Source: Gaiellales bacterium (GTDB taxonomy: Bacteria > Actinomycetota > Thermoleophilia > Gaiellales > JAICJC01). Taken from it: a stretch of 60,353 bases of DNA. This document shows, piece by piece, positions 53,911-60,353 of this stretch; the first letter of the stretch is position 1; each line of letters begins with the position of its first letter. The position numbers were made by a program, and so were the translations under genes. The stretch spans positions 1-60,353 of the forward strand of contig DATIOK010000209.1 of NCBI GenBank assembly GCA_035473255.1, in the 5' to 3' direction. Below the pieces are notes generated by a model. It made no database searches. It worked only from the letters and a program-made list of their open reading frames with translations, and had not been told where the DNA came from.

Positions 53911-55124
53911 AGCCTGCGGCCGGCCTTGATCACGGCGGCGACGGCCGGTCCGCCCAGGTGGTAAGCGGCGTGCCGCCAGTCGTCGGAGTCGAGCAGCACC
54001 ACGTCGCCATCGTATCCCGCTGCGATCCGGCCGAGCCGGCCGCCGCGTCCCAGCACCCAGGCCGCGTTCACGGTGCACGCCACCAGCGCCTCGGCCGGGG
54101 ACATGCCCAGCTGCATGCAGGCCAGGGACATCACGAGCGGCAGGGAGTTGCAGAATGCGCTGCCCGGGTTGAAGTCGGTGGCCAGCGCCACGATCGCCCC
54201 GGCGTCGGCGAGCTGGCGGGCGGGCGGGCGCGGCAGGTCGAGCATGATCACGCACGCGGGCAGCATCACGGCCGCCACGTCGCTGGCCGCCAGCGCCGCG
54301 ACGCCCTCGGGGCCGGTCGCCTCGAGGTGGTCGACCGAACGGGCCCCCAGCTCGACGGCGAGGGCGACGCCGCCCGCCTCGCTGAACTGGTCGGCGTGCA
54401 GCCGCAGGGCCAGTCCGAGGCCCGCTGCAGCGCGCAGGTAGCGCTCGGCCTGATCGCGGTCGAAGGCGCCGCGCTCGAGGAACACGTCGGCGGCCTCGGC
54501 GCGGATGGCCGCCTGCGGCATCACCCGCCTGATCACGAATGTGAGGTAGTCGTCCGCGTCGTCCCACTCGGGGCCCACGGCATGGGCGCCGAGGAAGGTG
54601 GGCGCGACCTCGATCGGATGGCCGGCGGCGGCGGCGTCGAGCATGGCCAGCTCGGTGTCGCGGTCGAGGCCGTAGCCGGACTTGACCTCGGCGGTGGTCG
54701 TCCCCGCGGCGGCCATCCAGGCCAGATGGCGGTCGAGCAGCGGGCCCAGCGTGCCGTCGGCGGCGGCGGCACGGGTGTCGCGGACGCTGGCGGCGATGCC
54801 CCCGCCGGTGGCGTGGATCTGCTCGTAGCCGGCGCCCTGCGAGCGCAGGTCGAACTCGCCGGCACGGTCGCCGCCGAAGGCGGCATGCGTGTGGCAGTCG
54901 ACCAGCCCAGGGATGGCGGCGCGGCCGCCGGCGTCGTGCACGGGCAGGTTGCCGTGATCGCGCAGCACCTGGTCGCGCGGGCCGCAGGCGGCGATGCGGC
55001 CGTCCACGATCGCGATCGCGGCGCCGGTGACGACCTCCACCTCGCGCAGGGCGGATCCGCGGGCGGGGGCCGGAGCGACGGGGCTCGCATACTGCGCGAG
55101 GTTGTCGATCAGCAGCGAGGTCAC
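53907..55124 (-). CDS. hutI: Imidazolonepropionase
   Basis: PGLVDCHTHAAFGGDRAGEF, GGGIAASV, GTTTAEVKSGYGL, TFLGAH, DVFLE, HADQ, SVDHLE, ALATDFNPGS. Confidence 0.96.
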   Translation of the reverse strand: MTSLLIDNLAQYASPVAPAPARGSALREVEVVTGAAIAIVDGRIAACGPRDQVLRDHGNLPVHDAGGRAAIPGLVDCHTHAAFGGDRAGEFDLRSQGAGYEQIHATGGGIAASVRDTRAAAADGTLGPLLDRHLAWMAAAGTTTAEVKSGYGLDRDTELAMLDAAAAGHPIEVAPTFLGAHAVGPEWDDADDYLTFVIRRVMPQAAIRAEAADVFLERGAFDRDQAERYLRAAAGLGLALRLHADQFSEAGGVALAVELGARSVDHLEATGPEGVAALAASDVAAVMLPACVIMLDLPRPPARQLADAGAIVALATDFNPGSAFCNSLPLVMSLACMQLGMSPAEALVACTVNAAWVLGRGGRLGRIAAGYDGDVVLLDSDDWRHAAYHLGGPAVAAVIKAGRRL

Positions 55125-55137
55125 GGCCGTTGCCAGA

Positions 55138-55818
55138 TCAGGCTCGCCCGTAGGCGGGGATCGCGCCGCCGGAGAGCGGCGCCGAGTCCTCGTCGCAGAG
55201 CCATTCGATCACGCGCGCCATCTGCTCGCCGGTCGTCCAGCGGGAGACGTCGGCATCGGGGTTCTCGCGGCGGTTCTGGGGAGTGTCGACGAGGCTGGCC
55301 ATGACCGTGTTGACGCGCACGCCCTTGGAGCGCACCTCGGCGTCGACGGCGCCCATCAGCGCCAGCACGGCGCCCTTGGCGACGATATAGGGAGCGGCAC
55401 CGGGGAACGGCCGCACGGCGGCGCGGGAGCCGATGTAGACGATCGAGCCGGAGCCGGCGGCCAGCATCGGGGTGAGCGCGGCGCGGGTCATGGTGTAGGC
55501 GGTGTCGAGGTTGGCCGACAGCATCGCCCGCCAGTCGTCGGGCGACGACTCCTGCAGCGGCCCGCAGGCGCGAAAGCCTCCGGCCACGCAGCCGAGGGCG
55601 TCGACCGAGCCGAACCGCTCGATGGCGGCGGCGACCACGCGCTCGGCTGCTGCCGTGTCGGTCAGGTCTGCCTCGACGACGAGCACCTCGGAGGGGACGT
55701 CGACGCCGCCGCTGTGGGTGGTGGCGCAGACGTCCCAGCCCTGAGCCAGGAATCGGTCGAGCACGGCCCGGCCCCAGCCGCCCGTGACACCGGTGAGGAC
55801 GGCGGTGCGTCCGGCCAC
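55138..55818 (-). CDS. Short-chain dehydrogenase/reductase embedded in the hut operon
   Basis: AVLTGVTGGWG, VAGGF, NLDTA, GS..A, YIVAK (YxxxK), VRVNTV. Confidence 0.85.
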   Translation of the reverse strand: MAGRTAVLTGVTGGWGRAVLDRFLAQGWDVCATTHSGGVDVPSEVLVVEADLTDTAAAERVVAAAIERFGSVDALGCVAGGFRACGPLQESSPDDWRAMLSANLDTAYTMTRAALTPMLAAGSGSIVYIGSRAAVRPFPGAAPYIVAKGAVLALMGAVDAEVRSKGVRVNTVMASLVDTPQNRRENPDADVSRWTTGEQMARVIEWLCDEDSAPLSGGAIPAYGRA

Positions 55819-55822
55819 GCGG

Positions 55823-57520
55823 TCAGCCCTCCATGGGCAGGTGCAGGCCCTTGGCGTGGGCGGTCTCGATGGCCTCCTCGTAGCCGGCGTCGGCGTGGCG
55901 GGCGACCCCGATGCCGGGATCGTTGGTGAGCACGCGGGACAGGCGCTCGTCCATCTCCTCGCTGCCGTCGGCGACGATCACGAGGCCGGCGTGGATCGAG
56001 TTGCCGATGCCGACGCCGCCGCCGTGGTGGACGGATACCCAGGAGGCGCCGGACGCGGTCGAGAGCAGCGCGTTCAGGATCGGCCAGTCGGCGATGGCGT
56101 CGGAGCCGTCCTTCATGGCCTCCGTCTCCCGGAAGGGCGAGGCGACCGATCCGGTGTCAAGGTGGTCGCGCCCGATCGCGACCGGGGCGGACACCTCGCC
56201 GCGGCGGACGAGGTTGTTGAAGATCAGGCCGGCCTTGGCGCGGTCGCCCTGGCCCAGCCAGCAAATGCGGGCGGGCAGTCCTTGGAAGGCGATCCGGTCG
56301 GGGCCGATCGCCAGCCAGCGCTGTAGCAGGGCGTCGTCAGGGAAGGCGCCGATCAGGGCGCGGTCGATGCGGTGGATGTCGGCGGGGTCGCCGGAGAGCG
56401 CGGCCCAGCGGAAGGGGCCGGCGCCGACGGCGAACAGTGGGCGGATGTAGGCGGGGACAAAGCCGGGGAAGGCGAAAGCCTGCTCGTAGCCGGCATCGCG
56501 GGCCTCGGTGCGGAGGTTGTTGCCGTAGTCGAAGACGTGGCTGCCTGCGTCCTGGAAGGCGACCATCGCCCTGACGTGCTCGACGGCGGTCTCGCGGGCG
56601 CGTCGCTGGTAGAGGTCGGGATCGGACTCGCGCAAGGCGATCGCCTGCTCCAGCGGCATCCCCGCAGGGACGTAGCCGTTCAGCATGTCGTGCGCGGACG
56701 TCTGGTCGGTGACGAGGTCGAAGTGAACGCCGCGGCGGGCCAGCTCGGGGAACACCTCGCCGGCGTTTCCGAGCAGCCCGATCGACAGGCCGACGCCCTC
56801 GTCGGCGGCCTTGCGGACGCGGGCGACGCCGTCGTCGATGTCGGCGGCCACCTCGTCCAGGTAGCGGGTCTCGAGCCGGCGGGCGACGCGGTGCGGGTCG
56901 ACCTCGACGTTGAGGCTGGCGGCGCCGGCGAGCGACGCGGCCAGCGGCTGCGCGCCGCCCATGCCGCCCAGGCCGGCGGTGAGGATGGTGCGGCCGGCCA
57001 GATCGGCCGAGCCCCAGTGACGCTGACCGGCGGCGGCGAAGGTCTGGAAGGTGCCCTGCAGGATGCCCTGGGTGCCGATGTAGATCCACGAGCCGGCCGT
57101 CATCTGCCCGAACATGGTCAGGCCCTCGGCCTCCAGCCGGCGAAACTCGTCCCAGGTGGCGAAGCGCGGCACCAGCAGCGAGTTGGCGATCAGCACGCGC
57201 GGGGCACCCGGGTGGGTCTTGAAAACTGCGACCGGCTTGCCGCTCTGGACGAGCATCGTCTCGTCGTTCTCGAGCTCGAGCAGCGTGCGCACTATGGCCC
57301 GGAGGGCGTCGTGGCTGCGGGCGGCGCGGCCGGAGCCGCCGTAGACGATCAGGCGGGTGGGATCCTCGGCCACCTCCGGGTCGAGGTTGTTGCAGAGCAT
57401 GCGCAGGGCGGCCTCCTGGTGCCAGCCCTTGCAGCGCCGCTCGGTGCCACGCGGCGCGTGCACGCTGGAGAGGTCGCCGACGAGCGCCTCGACTTCGCCG
57501 GTCAGTTCCTTCGTCGCCAC
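55823..57520 (-). CDS. hutU: Urocanate hydratase
   Basis: [100 protein letters not shown]. Confidence 0.98.
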   Translation of the reverse strand: MATKELTGEVEALVGDLSSVHAPRGTERRCKGWHQEAALRMLCNNLDPEVAEDPTRLIVYGGSGRAARSHDALRAIVRTLLELENDETMLVQSGKPVAVFKTHPGAPRVLIANSLLVPRFATWDEFRRLEAEGLTMFGQMTAGSWIYIGTQGILQGTFQTFAAAGQRHWGSADLAGRTILTAGLGGMGGAQPLAASLAGAASLNVEVDPHRVARRLETRYLDEVAADIDDGVARVRKAADEGVGLSIGLLGNAGEVFPELARRGVHFDLVTDQTSAHDMLNGYVPAGMPLEQAIALRESDPDLYQRRARETAVEHVRAMVAFQDAGSHVFDYGNNLRTEARDAGYEQAFAFPGFVPAYIRPLFAVGAGPFRWAALSGDPADIHRIDRALIGAFPDDALLQRWLAIGPDRIAFQGLPARICWLGQGDRAKAGLIFNNLVRRGEVSAPVAIGRDHLDTGSVASPFRETEAMKDGSDAIADWPILNALLSTASGASWVSVHHGGGVGIGNSIHAGLVIVADGSEEMDERLSRVLTNDPGIGVARHADAGYEEAIETAHAKGLHLPMEG

Positions 57521-57526
57521 AGGCGC

Positions 57527-57532
57527 AGGCTA
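57527..57532 (-). promoter_or_regulatory. Putative -10 hexamer TAGCCT, 6 nt before the hutU GTG
   Basis: Minus strand gtcgtaTAGCCTgcgcctGTG. Confidence 0.45.
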
Positions 57533-57577
57533 TACGACCGGCGAGCGCGCTCGCCACGGCCCGTCCGGGCGCGAGCG

Positions 57578-57869
57578 GGGCTCAGAGCCCGACTCGGCCC
57601 TCGACACAGGTTCAAGCGAGCCGCGTGACCGTCTGGCACGAAATCGACACAGCCTCCGAGCGCCCTTCTACCGGCACGAGAAGGGCCGGGAGGTGTCAAA
57701 CACCGACTCGGCCGCCGTTTGCCGTCCGCGACACGATCGGCACAAGTGTCACGGCCGGCGTGACTACCGAATCGCGTGGTTGAGCGAAAACGCCCGATTC
57801 CGGTGTCAAACACCGCATACGGCCACGACACGGGTTCGTGCGGTCGGCGTGACCGGCCGGCACGGAATC
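57578..57869. repeat. Degenerate tandem array of three ~110-nt units, each headed by a 13-bp palindrome (REP/BIME-like)
   Basis: GGGCTCAGAGCCC at 57578, GGTGTCAAACACC at 57692 and 57802; 57591-57645 vs 57815-57869 align without gaps at 40/55 identity. Confidence 0.75.
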
Positions 57870-59400
57870 ATTGCAGCGGCGCGAGCGCGCCTTCGACCGC
57901 CGCCACCAGCGCGCCGTTGCGCACCTGGCCGGCCACCGTCTCGATGTCAGCCGAGAGCGAGCGGTCGTCACCGAGGTGCGGCGACGTCGCCCGCAGCGCT
58001 GCGTGCAGCGCCGCGATCCCCGGCCCCGGTCGCAGCGGCGCCAGGAAGTCGAGGCCCTGCGCGCCGCACAGCAGCTCCACAGCCAGCACTCGCTCCACGT
58101 TCGCGCACACCTGCCACGCGTGCACCGCCGCGGTCGCCCCCATCGACACGTGGTCCTCCTGGCCGGCGCTGGTCGGGATCGAGTCGACCGACGCCGGGTG
58201 GCACAGCACCTTGTTCTCGGCCACCAGGCTGGCCGCCACGTAGTGCGGGATCATGAACCCCGAGTTGAGGCCGCCCTGCTCGGCCAGAAACGGTGGCAGC
58301 CCTTCGCTCATGGTCGGGTTCACCATCCGCTCGATCCGCCGCTCGCTGATCCCTGCCAGCTCGGCCAGGGCGATCTTGAGCGTGTCCAGCGCGATCGCCA
58401 CCGGCTCACCGTGGAAGTTCCCGTTCGATAGCACCTCGTCGCGGTCCGCGAACACCAGCGGGTTGTCCGTGGCTGCGTTCAGCTCGATTGCCACCACCGA
58501 CCGCGCGTAGGCGATTGCGTCGCGGCAGGCACCGTGCACCTGCGGCGAGCACCGCAGCGAGTACGCATCCTGCACGCGTCCGCACCAGCGGTGCGACTCG
58601 TTGATCTCGGAGCTGTCCAGCAGGGCGTACAGGTTCGCGGCTGACGCCAGCTGCCCGGGGTGCGGTCGCAGCGCCTGGATCTCGGGTGCGAACGGCGTGC
58701 GCGAGGCGCGCACCGCTTCCACCGACTGCGCGGCCGCGATGTCGGCGATACGCACCAGCCGCGCCGCCCGTGACAGCACCAGCGCCCCGATCGCCGCCAT
58801 GAACTGGGTGCCGTTGATCAGCGCCAGCCCTTCCTTGGCCGACAGCTGCACCGGCACCAGGCCGGCACGCCCAAGCGCCTCGCCGCCGCCCAGCCGCTCG
58901 CCACCGAACTCGGCCTGGCCCTCACCCACCAGCGGCAGCGCCAGGTGCGCCAGCGGTGCCAGGTCTCCGCTCGCCCCCAGCGACCCCCGCGACGGCACCA
59001 CCGGGTGCACGCCCGCATTCACCATCGCCAGCAGCAGTTCCACGGTCTCCCGCCGCACGCCTGACGCGCCCGTCGCGAGCGCGTTGGCCCGCAGCAGCAT
59101 CGCGCCCCGCACGACCTCGGTCGGAAACGGCTCGCCGACGGCGCAGGCGTGGCTTCGCAGCAGGTTCAGCTGCAGCCGGCCCGCGTCCTCCCGCGAGATG
59201 GCCACGTCGACGAACCTGCCAAAGCCCGTGTTCACCCCGTAGGTCGGCGTGCCCGACTCCACAGCCCGCTCGATCAGCGCTCGCGACGCCTCGATCTGGT
59301 CGGCCGCCGACGCGCCAAGCACGACCCGCACATCGCCCAGCGCGACGCGCTCGACGTCCTCCACCGCCAGAGAGCGGCCTGTCAGCTCGAGGGTGTCCAC
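57868..59400 (-). CDS. hutH: Histidine ammonia-lyase
   Basis: GTG 59400 (TAGACT 8 nt upstream); YGVNTGFG, NLLRSHA, SLGASGDLAPLAH (MIO triad ASG), KEGLALINGT, QDAYSLRC, DNPL, GNFHG, SAGQEDHVSMG. Confidence 0.97.
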   Translation of the reverse strand: MDTLELTGRSLAVEDVERVALGDVRVVLGASAADQIEASRALIERAVESGTPTYGVNTGFGRFVDVAISREDAGRLQLNLLRSHACAVGEPFPTEVVRGAMLLRANALATGASGVRRETVELLLAMVNAGVHPVVPSRGSLGASGDLAPLAHLALPLVGEGQAEFGGERLGGGEALGRAGLVPVQLSAKEGLALINGTQFMAAIGALVLSRAARLVRIADIAAAQSVEAVRASRTPFAPEIQALRPHPGQLASAANLYALLDSSEINESHRWCGRVQDAYSLRCSPQVHGACRDAIAYARSVVAIELNAATDNPLVFADRDEVLSNGNFHGEPVAIALDTLKIALAELAGISERRIERMVNPTMSEGLPPFLAEQGGLNSGFMIPHYVAASLVAENKVLCHPASVDSIPTSAGQEDHVSMGATAAVHAWQVCANVERVLAVELLCGAQGLDFLAPLRPGPGIAALHAALRATSPHLGDDRSLSADIETVAGQVRNGALVAAVEGALAPLQ

Positions 59401-59435
59401 GGCTGCGCAGTCTAGGCCCGCGGCCCGGGCACCGC

Positions 59436-60323
59436 TCACTCCTGGCCGAACTCGCCCCCGGACGACACCTCCAGCAACCGGTCGGCACCGAAACCGGACA
59501 ACCGTAGCGCCGTTCCCGCCGCGGCTGCCGCCACCCGCGCCGGCATCAGCCCGACCAACTCCGAGCCCTTCACGCCCACGCCGCGCGCGGCCGCCAGCCG
59601 CTCGATCTCATTGACGACCGCCGCCAGCGGCGTCGCGTCGATGTCGATCAGGTTCGTGGACACCTGCGCACCGCCGCGCGCCGCCAGGCCCAGCGCCTGC
59701 ACCCCCGCCAGCCCGCCGTCTCGCTCACGCAGCGCCGCGGCGATCTCGCGCGCGACGCCGACGTCCTGGCTATCCAGATCGACGTTGAACGCGACCAGCG
59801 GCGCCCGCACGCCCAGCAGCACCACGCCCGCCGTCGGATGCGGCCGGTTGGGCCCGGCCAGCGCCACCACCTCGCCCGCCGCCATCCGCTCGGCCAGCCG
59901 CTCCGGGCCGCCGCTGCGGAACGCCGCCGGCCGCAGCCCGCCGCCCAGCTCGCCGTAGCCGATCGCCGGCACGCCCAGCATCGCGATCCGGCGCGCCAGC
60001 GCCCGCGCCGCCATCTCCGGCCGTGCGTCGTCCGGCCGGAAGCGCACGAACGGCACCACGTCGGCCGACCCCACCCGCGGGTGCACGCCCTCGTGCCGTG
60101 TCAGGTCGATCCGCGACGCCGCCACCGCGATCGCGGATGCCAGCCCCTCCACCAGCGTGTCCGGGTCGGCCACCACCGTGAACACCGACCGGTTGTGGTC
60201 GGAATCGGCATGCACGTCCAGCACGCGCACCCCGGCAGCGCCGAACGCCTCGCCCAGCGCGTCCAGCACCGCCTGGTCGCGGCCGACCGAGAAGTTCGGC
60301 ACCGATTCCAGCAGATCGCTCAC
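59436..60323 (-). CDS. ftcD: Glutamate formimidoyltransferase (FTCD N-terminal domain only)
   Basis: LESVPNFSVGRD, DSDHNRSVFT, IDLTRHEGVHPRVGSADVVPF, GVRAPLVAFNVDL, AQVSTNL, SELVGLMP; no cyclodeaminase domain. Confidence 0.9.
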   Translation of the reverse strand: MSDLLESVPNFSVGRDQAVLDALGEAFGAAGVRVLDVHADSDHNRSVFTVVADPDTLVEGLASAIAVAASRIDLTRHEGVHPRVGSADVVPFVRFRPDDARPEMAARALARRIAMLGVPAIGYGELGGGLRPAAFRSGGPERLAERMAAGEVVALAGPNRPHPTAGVVLLGVRAPLVAFNVDLDSQDVGVAREIAAALRERDGGLAGVQALGLAARGGAQVSTNLIDIDATPLAAVVNEIERLAAARGVGVKGSELVGLMPARVAAAAAGTALRLSGFGADRLLEVSSGGEFGQE

Positions 60324-60353
60324 GGCACACTCATATACCGGATCCGGACGAGG

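Noticed and set aside
57502-57831. 109-aa minus-strand ORF between hutH and hutU
   Set aside because: Translation of the repeat array (VFDT and CLTP come from the palindromes); overlaps the hutU start and promoter.
57578-57869. CRISPR array interpretation
   Set aside because: Only three degenerate units, similarity extends through the would-be spacers, and there are no cas genes.
57861-57870. CACGGAATCA resembling the CATGGAATCAA element end
   Set aside because: Explained as the end of tandem unit 3 (unit 1 has CACGAAATC) plus the hutH stop; there is no partner arm.

Overview
High-GC bacterial chromosomal window with no tRNA/rRNA, CRISPR array, transposase or prophage. It most plausibly comes from a deep-branching actinomycete such as Thermoleophilia/Gaiellales; this is inferred from GC content, the two-subunit glyQ/glyS and a mixed Actinobacteria/Bacillota-like gene order. 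About 62 CDSs are supported. The minus strand carries a housekeeping backbone, in transcription order: ftcD-hutH-hutU-SDR-hutI, hisS-aspS, iscS-mnmA, alaS-ruvX-mltG-aroE, aroC-aroKB, aroQ-pepQ-efp-accB-accC-asp23-nusB-xseB-like-ispA-tlyA-nadK-recN-pyrG, peptidases-ald-xerD-deoB-pdp-mutM-ybaK-recO-glyQ-glyS, ppsR. Plus-strand genes look like inserts into it. The most notable observations: (1) an IscU-like scaffold fused to a CxxC-type MnmA right after iscS, suggesting a dedicated Fe-S supply line for tRNA thiolation; (2) AccB fused to a pyruvate-carboxylase carboxyltransferase domain that has lost every metal and catalytic residue but kept the keto-acid-binding residues; (3) a family of inverted-repeat elements sharing GATGRTTGATTCCAYG-like ends, located in exactly these two operons; (4) a degenerate ~110-nt tandem array, each unit headed by a 13-bp palindrome, between hutH and hutU; (5) a glpK-like catabolic operon whose kinase has an altered substrate motif; (6) a folate-type hut operon with an embedded SDR and membrane protein; (7) TANNNT boxes 5-8 nt before 17 start codons (probable leaderless mRNAs) and probable CTG starts in CTGA overlaps. 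Many start codons were reassigned relative to the ORF track. All family calls come from motif recognition by eye; no database search was run.
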